The notes under the pieces are model-generated. The model did no database searches and was not told the DNA's origin. It saw only the letters and a program-made list of their open reading frames with translations. Of a DNA stretch of 64,000 nt, positions 28,831 through 39,146 are shown one piece after another. Origin of the DNA: Phycisphaeraceae bacterium (GTDB lineage: Bacteria; Planctomycetota; Phycisphaerae; Phycisphaerales; Phycisphaeraceae); assembly GCA_963674705.1 (NCBI GenBank), contig OY771506.1, forward strand, positions 4,384,001 to 4,448,000, read 5' to 3'. The position numbers and the translations under genes are program-made. Every line of letters begins with the position of its first letter. Position 1 is the first letter of the stretch.

Positions 28831-30090
28831 TTAACGACGACGCAGGATTGCCAAGCCACCGAGACCGAGCAGTGCGAGCGTCGCGGGTTCCGGGACGACG
28901 GAAGTCGGGGGCGTACCTTCATTCCAGTGGTTGAGGACGATATCGAGGTCATCGAGACCGACATAACCGTCGCCAGACGGATCCGCAGCGGCGTCAGCCG
29001 GAGGCACGTTCTGGTTCCATGCCTGGAGGATGATGTCCAGGTCGTCGAGGCCGACGAAGCCGTCTTTGTTCAGGTCACCCGGGATATCCGGTGTACCTTC
29101 GACATAGGCTGCTTCATACTGTGCGAGGATTTCTTCAGGGGTTAAAGCACGATTCCATGTAGCGACGGCGTCCATGTCACCATTATAACGGTGGGCGTTT
29201 ACACGGCCCTTGCCGAGGCGGTTACGGAAGTCGAAGTCCATGATGTCGTCGAAGACGCCGGGGTTATTGACCGGGTCCGATTCCTGAAGGATGGGGGCAT
29301 ACGAGGTGGAGTCGAAAGCGGTAGAAACCTGCTCACCACCACCGAGCGTACCGCCGTCGATGTAGAGGTTGAGCATGCCAGCATCGGTGCCCATATCATA
29401 CGACCAGGTCGCAGCGACGTGGTGCCATTCACCGTCAGAATAATCGACGACACCCGAGGTGCCATTGGAGATGGTGATAAATTCACCCTCTTCCAGATTC
29501 AGCATGAATATGCCGTTACCGCTGGGCAGGTCCCAGAGCCGGAGGTTAAGGTTGTGGCCGCTGCCTTCATCGCCGCGCCAGAGCACGCCTGCGAAGTCAC
29601 CGTCCGGGCTGGGATCGGTTGATTTGACCCACATGCTGATCGAACTGCCAGCCATGGTCATGGGATTGTGTGCGGTATCCGGGGCGTTTACACCTTCGTT
29701 AAACAAGTGCGTGACCACACTGCCGGAACCCGAGGTGTTAAAGTTGTATGCGTTGTTTGTGGCTTCAAAACCAAGGAAGCCGTCCGCGGGACGCAACCCG
29801 GGAACTTCCATCTGGATATCGGAGCCGGCGTTGGTGTCGTTGTAGTAGACATCGGTGCCCAGCAGCGTATCCAGATTATCGATCTCGGCGATGATCGGGG
29901 CGACAGCCACCGGATCAACCGGTTCGGCATCATCCAGGCCGAAGTAGATCAAGGGCGTTTGACTTGCGATGACGTCCTGATAGTTACCCGCTTGCGCGGA
30001 CTGGCTGCCTATACCCAGCAGCATCACACCACAGGGTAGCGCCATCAGCAGCCGTGCGGTCCTTTTCATTCCCAGTTTCTCTCGCAACAT
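28831..30090 (-). CDS. LamG/concanavalin-like protein with dockerin-like repeat and PEP-CTERM sorting signal
   Basis: Signal peptide, DGEWHHVAATW, two GDxxxDGxVGLDDLDI repeats, VPEPATLALLGLGGLAILRRR. ATG 30090 with GGAGG. Confidence 0.88.
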   Translation of the reverse strand: MLREKLGMKRTARLLMALPCGVMLLGIGSQSAQAGNYQDVIASQTPLIYFGLDDAEPVDPVAVAPIIAEIDNLDTLLGTDVYYNDTNAGSDIQMEVPGLRPADGFLGFEATNNAYNFNTSGSGSVVTHLFNEGVNAPDTAHNPMTMAGSSISMWVKSTDPSPDGDFAGVLWRGDEGSGHNLNLRLWDLPSGNGIFMLNLEEGEFITISNGTSGVVDYSDGEWHHVAATWSYDMGTDAGMLNLYIDGGTLGGGEQVSTAFDSTSYAPILQESDPVNNPGVFDDIMDFDFRNRLGKGRVNAHRYNGDMDAVATWNRALTPEEILAQYEAAYVEGTPDIPGDLNKDGFVGLDDLDIILQAWNQNVPPADAAADPSGDGYVGLDDLDIVLNHWNEGTPPTSVVPEPATLALLGLGGLAILRRR

Positions 30091-30605
30091 GTTCACCTCC
30101 AAAGTTCAAAGTATGGAAACACCTCTCGGCGAAGTTAAATCTGTTTGGCCTGATCCTTATTAAGATCAATACCAGACAGCTTGTGACATCTATTATTCAG
30201 TTGATGTGACTAATCCTTCCAAGCCCCCCGTCATTATCAGTGCCATTTAGCGTATGGCTGTTATCCCATACTCACCAGGCAATGTAACCCATAAACCTCT
30301 CACAATGGCAAATATATCTGATTCCGAGCCAGTGTCAATAGATATTTCTATACTTAAAGAAAATTTATTAGACGCTCAACACACATCGAACAGACCAGTA
30401 AATCGTAAAAACTCGACCGGCATTGTTATTTTAAATATATATTTTACAATATATTATGGATTTTAATTCCGATTTTTGACTGCACCCCATTTTAAACAGC
30501 TGCCATACCTAATTGGCCTAATAACTGTTTTTATTGCCACGATCGGCACTTTTTGACAGAAATACATCTTGCAATCAGAAAATAATTAATCTATACTATA
30601 AGCAG

Positions 30606-31688
30606 ATGTCTGGAAAAACCCCCTCTAGTAACATCGTTGAGCTGGCTGGACGTATCCGTGCGGACATTAAGAATCGCGCGCTTAAACCCGGGGATCAGTA
30701 CCTGAACTCGGCAGATGCGGCCAGACAGTTTCAAGTCAGCACACACGCTGCTAACCGGGCGCTTCAGTTGCTCGCCAAGCGGCGTGTAGTCACTCGCAAG
30801 CAGCGACTTGGTACGGTCGTCACGCTTGAAGAGAACACCGTGCCTAATGGGATCACACTCGATCGCATCCACCTACTGGTGCGCGAAGACTATTTTAAAT
30901 CCGAAGGCGTGCTTGCGGACGGCGTGATCATGGGTATCCAGGGCGAAATGCCACGGGTGGGCATCCAGTTCAACTTCCTTCCTTTAAATGAAGAGCGGCC
31001 TTATGTTGAAGACCTGGTTGGACAGGTGCTCAAGGCAGAGGGCCAGGAAGGATTTGTGCTGGTTCGCGCCTCGCTGATGACACAGCGTGTCGTTGCCCAG
31101 AGCGGCTGCCCCGCAGTGGTCCATGGCACACCGTACCCATCGATTGAACCGTTGTGCTCGATCGATCGGGACCACGTGCTGGAAGCAGAATTGCTTGTGG
31201 ATTATCTATGCCGTAAGCGTGGCGCGAAACGCATCATATTAATGATGCGAGAACGACTGCATGCCGGCGACCACATTTTCCTCGATGCGATGCATCAACA
31301 GATCAGCAAGGCGGGTCTTGGGCCGGATGGTCTGGTGCTGCGATGCCTGCCACAGGACAGTGATCTTGTCGAAGTTGAGTTGAACAGGATTCTTGATATG
31401 AATCCTGACACACCGACCGGCATTATCTGTGCGACGGAGTTTCTAGCACAGGTTGCCAAAGATGAGTTAGCAAAACGAAACGGCCAGGACAGGAAAAATC
31501 ACATTGCGCTCATGGCGTTCTATCGCCGTCCCGGGCATAACGACCCGAAAGTGCCTTACCTGCATGCACGGGTGACACCTGAGCAGATCGGCGCCAACAT
31601 CGCGAGCTTGTTGATGCGGCAGATCATGAGCGGTCAGATTTCCATCCATGAAACTTACCCGCTGGAAGTCTGTGGGGCAGATACGTAA
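30606..31688 (+). CDS. GntR-family regulator with periplasmic-binding-protein-like (LacI-type) effector domain
   Basis: IRADI...LKPGDQY...FQVS..AANRAL..L...GT winged HTH. Start ATG 30606 is inferred. Confidence 0.85.
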   Translation: MSGKTPSSNIVELAGRIRADIKNRALKPGDQYLNSADAARQFQVSTHAANRALQLLAKRRVVTRKQRLGTVVTLEENTVPNGITLDRIHLLVREDYFKSEGVLADGVIMGIQGEMPRVGIQFNFLPLNEERPYVEDLVGQVLKAEGQEGFVLVRASLMTQRVVAQSGCPAVVHGTPYPSIEPLCSIDRDHVLEAELLVDYLCRKRGAKRIILMMRERLHAGDHIFLDAMHQQISKAGLGPDGLVLRCLPQDSDLVEVELNRILDMNPDTPTGIICATEFLAQVAKDELAKRNGQDRKNHIALMAFYRRPGHNDPKVPYLHARVTPEQIGANIASLLMRQIMSGQISIHETYPLEVCGADT

Positions 31689-31868
31689 TACGGCAACGAA
31701 TCAGGATTCACCTATTGAGAGGCGTTACGTTACACAAAAGTACCCAGGCCAGCATTGCGAGGGATAGATAAAGAGTATGCCGGCTAATCTTGCCGGCTCA
31801 GCAGACGCAATCACTTGGATCTAGCACCCTGTTTGAGTTTGTTACACACACATATGGAGGAGGAGAGA

Positions 31869-32891
31869 ATGCGTGCTTTCTACAGTCGGAACAAGTCAGT
31901 TTTAGGAATCGGCCTTGGGATCGCGGCCATGAGCATGACAATCACAGCACAACAGGCCTCGGCCAGCTACCTGTCTGAGATTGCCAGCCAGACGCCGTTG
32001 CTCTATTGGCAGATGAACGAATCGAGTATCGTGAATCCATTCCCGGCTAGGATCGACAACCTGAACGCACTGTTGGGCTCCGGCTATACCAATTCAGGAA
32101 ACGTGGGTGGTAATGTCGTCGTCGGGGTTTCCAGCATGAGCGCGGCCAACGGCTTCCCCGGCTTCGCCGCGGGCAACACCGCCTACAACTTCAATAATTC
32201 GGGTTCCGGCAGCGTGATCACCAACCTGACCCTGCCCCGAGAGTCCATGACCATGGCAGGTAGCTCGATCAGCATGTGGGCGAACTCCACCGACCCGAAC
32301 GACAGCGGCCTTATGAACGGCACAATGTGGCGGGGCGATGAAGGCAGCGGTCACAACCTGAGCCTGCGCATGGTCGACGACGGCATCGGCAACGGGACAC
32401 TGGGGCTGTACCTGGAAGACGCCGAGGGCGCGGGCCCGAGCGGTACGCTCGTTATCGCGACCGACGGCTCGGTCGATTATTCCGACGGCCAGTGGCACCA
32501 CGTGGCCGCAACCTGGGACTATGACATCAACACAGACGCCGGTACGCTCCGGGTCTATGTAGACGGCGGTATCCTCGGCGGAGGTGAAGAAGTCTCACTA
32601 GCGTTCAGTTCGGCGACTTACGCGCCTATCATTTTCGAATCCGACCCGGTGAACAACCCGGGCGTGCTTGATGAAGTGATGGACTTCGACTTCCGTAACC
32701 GCATGGGTAAGGGCCGAGTTAACTCCCACCGCTACAACGGTGACATCGACGAAGCGGCGATCTGGAACCGCGTGCTCTCCAGCCAGGAGATCGCCGACCA
32801 GTACGCTTCGGCCATACCCGAACCCGCCAGCTTGGCGCTGTTGGCTTGCGGGGTCGGCTACATCGGAACGCGCCGGACGGTGCGTTCATAA
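31869..32891 (+). CDS. LamG-like PEP-CTERM protein, paralogue of 28831-30090 without the dockerin-like repeat
   Basis: GGAGGAG RBS, signal peptide, DGQWHHVAATW and IPEPASLALLACGVGYIGTRR. Confidence 0.88.
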   Translation: MRAFYSRNKSVLGIGLGIAAMSMTITAQQASASYLSEIASQTPLLYWQMNESSIVNPFPARIDNLNALLGSGYTNSGNVGGNVVVGVSSMSAANGFPGFAAGNTAYNFNNSGSGSVITNLTLPRESMTMAGSSISMWANSTDPNDSGLMNGTMWRGDEGSGHNLSLRMVDDGIGNGTLGLYLEDAEGAGPSGTLVIATDGSVDYSDGQWHHVAATWDYDINTDAGTLRVYVDGGILGGGEEVSLAFSSATYAPIIFESDPVNNPGVLDEVMDFDFRNRMGKGRVNSHRYNGDIDEAAIWNRVLSSQEIADQYASAIPEPASLALLACGVGYIGTRRTVRS

Positions 32892-32902
32892 CTGGACACG
32901 AA

Positions 32903-32928
32903 CGTGTGTCGGTTAACACTGACACACG
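32903..32928 (+). other. Stem-loop between the PEP-CTERM gene and the prepilin-type gene
   Basis: CGTGTGTCGGT-TAAC-ACTGACACACG: 11-bp stem with one G-U pair. Confidence 0.6.
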
Positions 32929-33002
32929 CCATTTATAAAGAACACCGCATATCCTGGAGCGGATCCAGTTTTTCAGCTCAGGGATCACATGGAGGCTATG
33001 AC

Positions 33003-33800
33003 ATGCAACGGATCAAGGGCTTTACACTGATCGAACTGTTGGTTGTGATTTCTATCATTGCGCTACTGGTAGGAATCCTGTTGCCTGCATTGGGCGCAGC
33101 GCGAAAGACCGCGATAAGTGCCAAGTGCTTATCGAATCACAAGCAGCTCGCGTTGGGCATTATCAGCTACCAGAACGATTATAAGGATCACTTCCCCAAC
33201 AAGACGATCCGAGTTTACTCACCGACCGGTGTCCCGCTCGGTATAGCCTATGCCTCCTGGACCTGGGTTGGCACCGCTGCGGTGGACTCCACCGGGATGG
33301 CCAAGCGTTGTGGCGCAGATGTGCGATTTCTGAACCCGTACGTCGGCGGCCCTTACGATGACCCTGAAGCCGATGTGCCGATGGGTATGTGCCCGGCCGA
33401 TGAGAAGTCTGATGACGATTCATACTTCAGAGAAACAGGCACCTCTTATCGCGCCAATAACACGCACGCCAGGAGCCTGACACGCAACGACAGGTCCGTA
33501 TGGGGTGACGACCGACCCGGCCGCATAGCTACCGAAGTCGTCAATCCGTCCAGGACCGTCGCGATGCTTGAATCCAAGGTATTGGAGATTGTCGTCCCGG
33601 CCACGGTGAGCACGCACATTCCTATCGAAGACATGCCCGCGAAGTACTTCTTCCACTCCGGCCCGGGCGATGCCAGGTTCAACACATCGTTCTGTGACGG
33701 TCACGCCGAAATGGTCACCTACCAAAACAACGTTTGGTCGAACGAAACATACACGTTCAATATTGATAATGAAGCTGAGATGCAGACCGTGGAAAAATAG
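33003..33800 (+). CDS. Prepilin-type N-terminal cleavage/methylation protein (DUF1559-like)
   Basis: [33 protein letters not shown] and C-terminal H...N..F.DGH. ATG 33003 with GGAGG. Confidence 0.9.
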   Translation: MQRIKGFTLIELLVVISIIALLVGILLPALGAARKTAISAKCLSNHKQLALGIISYQNDYKDHFPNKTIRVYSPTGVPLGIAYASWTWVGTAAVDSTGMAKRCGADVRFLNPYVGGPYDDPEADVPMGMCPADEKSDDDSYFRETGTSYRANNTHARSLTRNDRSVWGDDRPGRIATEVVNPSRTVAMLESKVLEIVVPATVSTHIPIEDMPAKYFFHSGPGDARFNTSFCDGHAEMVTYQNNVWSNETYTFNIDNEAEMQTVEK

Positions 33801-33845
33801 AATTCAAACTCAATGGTTTGGTATGAAGTTTGGTGAGTCACATCG

Positions 33846-33962
33846 GTCTCATCGGAATGAACTACCCCATCGAGACAAGCCTCCCACACTCGCCATTGCA
33901 TCCGACAAACCAGCTCGTCGATTGAATCGGCGTCCTTAGAAGTCGGAGTAATGGTGAGTGTG
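33846..33962 (+). ncRNA. Candidate structured RNA / 3'-UTR element
   Basis: 33885-33906 pairs with 33942-33962 (21 bp, two G-U pairs, one bulge) and encloses a smaller hairpin. An extra GTCTC/GAGAC stem lies upstream. Confidence 0.4.
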
Positions 33963-34176
33963 CATGGCTAAGGCCTGATGTATCAAGTGATTCTTAAGTC
34001 ACTGTGTATTACGTCAAATAGCAAACTAAACCAATGATGTGATATGGAGTTCACACCCACATGGCTCGTTAAACTCCGGCCTCGTGTGGAGTGTAATTGA
34101 TGCAACGACATGAGGGGTTTGCGTTAAATAAGACCAGCTTTGTCTATGAATTTTGCGGCATTTGTAATTGCCTGAT

Positions 34177-35046
34177 ATGAGAAGTCGGAGGCACCGTATC
34201 ACAAGGACGTTGATTCAGGCCGTTAAGAAGGATGACGACCTGTTGGCTGAGATTGAGCAGGCCGAACCGGGGGGTGGCGTGTGTATCTGGTGGCTGGGGC
34301 ACAGCGGTTTTCTGATCAAGTCACAGTATGGCTCTATATTGATCGACCCTTATTTGGGTGATAGCCATTCAAGCCAGGATTCGATTACATCCTCACAGTA
34401 CTCAAGGCTGACCGAACGGTGTGTGGATCCATCCAGACTGACCAGCGTTGACTTGATAGCGATCACACATAACCATCCGGGACATTTAGACCCAAGCACG
34501 ATACAAGCATTACTCACAGCGAATCCGGATTCGTTACTCATAGTTCCCGGTGCGCAACGAATTAACGTGTGTGAGATCCTGGAATGCGAGCCTTATTGGC
34601 CACTTGGTGTTGATGCGGGCTTCACCGTTCAAGTCGGTGGCATGGTCGTGCATGGCATTCCGGCGTTCCATAATGAGCCCATTGTCGATAATGCGAACCG
34701 CTTCAATTGTTTGGGCTACGTTATCAACCTGGGTGGCATAACGATCTACCATGCCGGTGATACGATCCAAAACGACCCAATTATTCAGGCGCTGAGCCGT
34801 CACACGATTGATGTCGCGGTATTACCAATCGGCGGTAAGTTCAACGGCATGGATACTCCCGACAATCTCGATGCAAACGAAGCGGCGGTATTCGCAGATT
34901 CTATTGGTGCAAAGTTAGCTGTGCCATGTCACTATCAGATGTTTTCATCCAGCCCGGAGTCTGCGGATCATTTTGTGCAGCATTGCGAGTCATTGAAACA
35001 AGCTTACCGCGTACTCAGAAGCGGTGAACGTATAGATGTCCATTAA
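34177..35046 (+). CDS. Metallo-beta-lactamase-fold hydrolase (UlaG-like lactonase family)
   Basis: WLGHSGF, IDPYL, THNHPGH, AFH, YHAGDT and PCHY motifs. Start uncertain (TTG 34210 possible). Confidence 0.82.
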   Translation: MRSRRHRITRTLIQAVKKDDDLLAEIEQAEPGGGVCIWWLGHSGFLIKSQYGSILIDPYLGDSHSSQDSITSSQYSRLTERCVDPSRLTSVDLIAITHNHPGHLDPSTIQALLTANPDSLLIVPGAQRINVCEILECEPYWPLGVDAGFTVQVGGMVVHGIPAFHNEPIVDNANRFNCLGYVINLGGITIYHAGDTIQNDPIIQALSRHTIDVAVLPIGGKFNGMDTPDNLDANEAAVFADSIGAKLAVPCHYQMFSSSPESADHFVQHCESLKQAYRVLRSGERIDVH

Positions 35047-35074
35047 AAAAACAGGCATCAAATCTGATGCCTGT
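35045..35074 (-). terminator. Intrinsic terminator between convergent MBL hydrolase and nanA
   Basis: ACAGGCATCA-AATC-TGATGCCTGT perfect 10-bp stem; the preceding A7 tract is a U-tract on the minus strand. Confidence 0.8.
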
Positions 35075-35117
35075 CCTATTGAATGTGTATTGCTTGGGTT
35101 GTTCAAGCGATCATTCG

Positions 35118-36074
35118 TTAATCCTGGCTGACGACTGGGGTATTATCTGGGGCAACAAGCATATGTTCGAGCAGGCCTTCCTCCTCAAGCATCGTACGTA
35201 GTTTCTTTGACTCACCCGGCTCAAGCGAACCGAGCGGCAGCCGGCACGGGCCAAGCGGGCAACCGCTCCAGCCAAGGATCTCTTTGAGTGCTGCAAACAG
35301 GGGGAACTGAATCAGGACCTCTACTAATCTGACGGACATATATTGACATGCCTGAGCGGTGTCGATGTCACCTTCACGGAATGCTTTTATCAATCGATAG
35401 TAGATCGGTGCCGCAATGTTATAAGTGCTGCCAACCGCACCATGGGCGCCCACGGCCAGACCGCTGATCAGCATCTCGTCCGTACCCCACAGGAAGTCAT
35501 AGCGATCCTGGTACTTCTCCAGGCAGGCTTGGTACTCATGAACACGTGAGTCGGTAAACTTCACACCCGCGAAGTTTGGGATATTCTTTTGAGCATACGA
35601 AACCAGATAGTCCATATTCGGCTTGATACCGGTGAAGCCGGGTGCGTGATAGTAATAGAACGGGATATTGGGCGCGCCGCTTGCGATCTCGGCCATACAA
35701 TCCATCAGCCGCTTATCCGAATCTACTTTGAAGTAGGATGGAGCAAAAGCAGATACCGCATCTGCGCCGACGCTCTGGGCGTGCGCGGCAAGCTCGCGTG
35801 CTTCGGCGACGCTGTTATGGCCTACCTGGATAAAGACGGGGATGCGGCCATGCGATCCAGCGACAAAGGCTTCGGCAACTGTTTTACGTTCGGCGCCGGT
35901 CAGGCTTGCGCCTTCGCCGGTCGTGCCCATGACGTACATACCAGCGATGTTCATCCGAACCAGATAATCCACATAACCCGCAATCGCTTCGGGCATGACT
36001 TCACCGCTGCTGGTTAATGGCGTGCATGTTGCCGCCATGAGACCTTCAATTCTTTTTAACTGGGACACTGCCAA
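35118..36074 (-). CDS. nanA: N-acetylneuraminate lyase
   Basis: GTTGE, PSYFK, FYYYHAP, GVKFT, GTDE and GAVGSTYN, typical of NanA/NPL; located among sialidase genes. Confidence 0.9.
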   Translation of the reverse strand: MAVSQLKRIEGLMAATCTPLTSSGEVMPEAIAGYVDYLVRMNIAGMYVMGTTGEGASLTGAERKTVAEAFVAGSHGRIPVFIQVGHNSVAEARELAAHAQSVGADAVSAFAPSYFKVDSDKRLMDCMAEIASGAPNIPFYYYHAPGFTGIKPNMDYLVSYAQKNIPNFAGVKFTDSRVHEYQACLEKYQDRYDFLWGTDEMLISGLAVGAHGAVGSTYNIAAPIYYRLIKAFREGDIDTAQACQYMSVRLVEVLIQFPLFAALKEILGWSGCPLGPCRLPLGSLEPGESKKLRTMLEEEGLLEHMLVAPDNTPVVSQD

Positions 36075-36117
36075 CTCCTAACCGCATCATGACGATGCAT
36101 TGATCCCCCCGATACCG

Positions 36118-38841
36118 CTACGACGCGGCATCCTGATTGACTGTATGAATTGTAAGCCCCGACAAATCTTTCTGCTTGCCAGGCACAACAAAACTCACAA
36201 TGTAACCGATGATGAAGCATGTTGATATGCCCACCGCCGCATAAATAAAACCCTGGATATCAGTTAATAAGGGTAGCGCAAACATCACCGCGGCCCCAAT
36301 GACCACGCCAACCATTGCCCCCAAGGCGTGACTTCTCACAGTCAGCGCGCCTAATGCAAACAAGCCGCCAAGTACGCCCATAAACAGGCCAATGATCAAG
36401 ATAAACTTGTCAAACAGACTCTTGATGCTGGGATCTACGAAAACGATTGCCAAGAGTGTGCCAGCCGTGCCCAGCAAGAGTGTTGTCACACGGGCAGCGT
36501 TTAGATACCCCTTCTCAGACTTGAACAGTTTCAATGGCTGGAAGAAGTCTACCGTCGCGGCAGTGGCCGTTGAATTCATACTTGTCGAGATGGTCGATTG
36601 TGCCGCGGCAAAGATGCCGGCAACAATCAAACCTGCGATACCGACCGGTACTTCCTGGATAATAAACAATGGCAATATCTGGTCGGTGGTGTGCGTCGGG
36701 TCGAGTTCACCCGGATTGTGTGCGTAGTATGCAAACAGAACGGTGCCGAGGCCGTAGAACAGCAGTGACGCCGGGACCGCCAGGAATGCAGCCAGCCAGA
36801 TGGAGTTTGCAGCCTGCTTGGAACTGGACGTGGTCATATATCGTTGCACAACGGCCTGATCTGCTGTGTAACTGGAGATATTCTGGCCGATCCCACCCAG
36901 GATGACAATCCACAAAGCTAGTGAAGCACTGGTCGGATCGAGATGGAAGTTGACCATGTGGAGTTTGTCATGTGCAGATGCGGTATCGAGCACGCCGGAG
37001 AAACCGCCATCGGTGCCCATCACCGCCAGGATAAAACAAAATAGTGCTCCACCCAGCAAGATGAACGTCTGGATCGTATCGGTCCAGACCACTGCTTCAA
37101 CGCCACCCATCGTGCAGTAGATGATGCTTAAAACGCCCATGATCAGAACGCATGTCACTGGCGATATCGGTGTCACCGATGCCAGGGCAAGTGCCGACAA
37201 AGACATGACGATCGCCATACGGAACACGTGGAACAAAATAAACAACAGGCTGGCGAACATCCGTACGCCTCGGTTGAATCGCTTTTCAAGGTATTCATAA
37301 GCACTTGTGGCGTCGATGCGCCTGAAGAAAGGTAGCGCGATAAACACCGCGATAGGCGCGACGACGGGGATCATCATGTTGCCGAGGAAGTAGACCCAGT
37401 CCTGAGCGTAAGCCTTGGATGGGATACCCATGAAAGTCAACGAGCTGAGCATGGTCGCGAAAATGCTGCAAGCAGCGGCCCACCAGACGATCTGCTTGCC
37501 GCCACGGAAGTAGTCGTCGGTGTTCTTGTTCTTATTCATGAAGTAAACACCGACGCCAACCATCGACAGCAGATAGATGATCAGTACGGAAAAGTTAGCA
37601 ATACCAAAAGATCGATCCGATTCGATCGGGTCGATCTTCCAGACAGCAGTGGTTCTGACGCGTGGGCGAACTTCGCCGGCAGCAACAATGATTGAACCGC
37701 CCCACTTCACGGCATTGGTTGTAACCTGGTTGCTCGGTGTAGCACCGGCTTCAACCCAAGTATCAGTGATCGTGTGATAAGCGTAGGATTCTTTAGGGAA
37801 TCCGGGGTGGTTATCGCGAAGCTCATCCGCCTTGTGGAATAACGAACCATCCGCGCCGCCAAGTATAAAGATATGCGACTGGCCAACTGATGCCGACGTT
37901 CCCGCCATTACACAAACAGGCGCGTCAGCACGCTGACGCCAGGGGATGGCAAACTCACCTTCCCCAGAATACTTGCCTGTTGATTCGTTAAAAGCTGCTG
38001 CGTCATATTTGCTGGGATTGAATTCATATACATCACGTAAGAATTCAATCGTCCCCTCTTCATCAGATACACGTCGGCCACTGATAATATAGATGCAATC
38101 ATTAAAGCCGTTATGTTGTGCCGCAACGATATTGAAAGCTCGCGCGGGTCCGGGCCAGGTAGGTAGTGCCTCCCACTTCACATTACCCGGATTATCTTCG
38201 TAGCCCGAGAGATCTAAGCGCCAAAAACCACTGTGTGCAGAATCAAGCCCCGATCCAGTTTGCCCACCCGCGACATAGACGGTTTGTCCGATCATGGCGG
38301 CCGCCATGAATGCGGATGGCTGGGGCAGCGAAGGAAGCTCTACCTGATCGACTGATTGCTTGTCCGGATCCCATCGCAGCAAGAAACAATCCGCGTAAGT
38401 GGTGTCCGCGTCGTTACCACCGATACAGAGAATGCCGAACTTTGTCGATACCGCACCGCCATAGGCAAGTGGCTTTGTAAGGTGAAACGGACCGGCCCAG
38501 ACAAGCACGCCTTCGGGATTCTTATGCAGTACCCAGATCGTGTCGTGCCAGACCTTCGGGACATCCCAGATATCCTGACCGGCTTCCGTAGGGAAGTTTG
38601 CCCCCCCTGCTACTATCAAAGCGTCGTTGGAAACACCCACAAAAGGCCCAGCCACACCGATCCCATCAGGCAAATCTGGCAGGGCATTCCATTCAAGCCA
38701 TTGACGCTCAGCGTGCTCTACCGCCTCAGCGGCAGCCCTGGCAACCGGAGGAACCCAAAACAGCAATGAGGCCAGAATGATGAAAACTGTGAACCGGATA
38801 ACCCAACAACGTTCAGACGTGTCGGATGAATGATTGAGCAT
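36118..38841 (-). CDS. NanM-like Kelch-repeat mutarotase fused to a sodium:solute symporter (sialic acid transporter)
   Basis: N-terminal Kelch repeats (VAGGANFP, IGG, VAGG, LGG) followed by an SSS permease (DYFRGG, SIFATMLS, AYEYLEKRF, WTD.IQ, DQAVVQRY). Start uncertain (ORF open to 38919). Confidence 0.88.
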   Translation of the reverse strand: MLNHSSDTSERCWVIRFTVFIILASLLFWVPPVARAAAEAVEHAERQWLEWNALPDLPDGIGVAGPFVGVSNDALIVAGGANFPTEAGQDIWDVPKVWHDTIWVLHKNPEGVLVWAGPFHLTKPLAYGGAVSTKFGILCIGGNDADTTYADCFLLRWDPDKQSVDQVELPSLPQPSAFMAAAMIGQTVYVAGGQTGSGLDSAHSGFWRLDLSGYEDNPGNVKWEALPTWPGPARAFNIVAAQHNGFNDCIYIISGRRVSDEEGTIEFLRDVYEFNPSKYDAAAFNESTGKYSGEGEFAIPWRQRADAPVCVMAGTSASVGQSHIFILGGADGSLFHKADELRDNHPGFPKESYAYHTITDTWVEAGATPSNQVTTNAVKWGGSIIVAAGEVRPRVRTTAVWKIDPIESDRSFGIANFSVLIIYLLSMVGVGVYFMNKNKNTDDYFRGGKQIVWWAAACSIFATMLSSLTFMGIPSKAYAQDWVYFLGNMMIPVVAPIAVFIALPFFRRIDATSAYEYLEKRFNRGVRMFASLLFILFHVFRMAIVMSLSALALASVTPISPVTCVLIMGVLSIIYCTMGGVEAVVWTDTIQTFILLGGALFCFILAVMGTDGGFSGVLDTASAHDKLHMVNFHLDPTSASLALWIVILGGIGQNISSYTADQAVVQRYMTTSSSKQAANSIWLAAFLAVPASLLFYGLGTVLFAYYAHNPGELDPTHTTDQILPLFIIQEVPVGIAGLIVAGIFAAAQSTISTSMNSTATAATVDFFQPLKLFKSEKGYLNAARVTTLLLGTAGTLLAIVFVDPSIKSLFDKFILIIGLFMGVLGGLFALGALTVRSHALGAMVGVVIGAAVMFALPLLTDIQGFIYAAVGISTCFIIGYIVSFVVPGKQKDLSGLTIHTVNQDAAS

Positions 38842-39146
38842 GATGAGGTGTTTTCCAAGTGGCAGGAACGGTCTAATTGATACAAGCAGCATAATGGTAA
38901 AGGAATCTGCACGCAACAAGTATTTTTAGATTATACGAAATATATTAAACCCTGCCAATCAGGCCTATAGGCCCGGACAGGCCCAATAATTGAGGTTTTG
39001 GACAAGCCTCATGCCAGTCATATGAGAGAAAAGTGGGTATATGGCACACAATCTGCTCTCCCACAGCCCAGACCAGGTTCCCCAAGCACTCGTGTATATG
39101 ATATTAATTATTGATATCATTGATTTTATGGAATTAATAATATATC

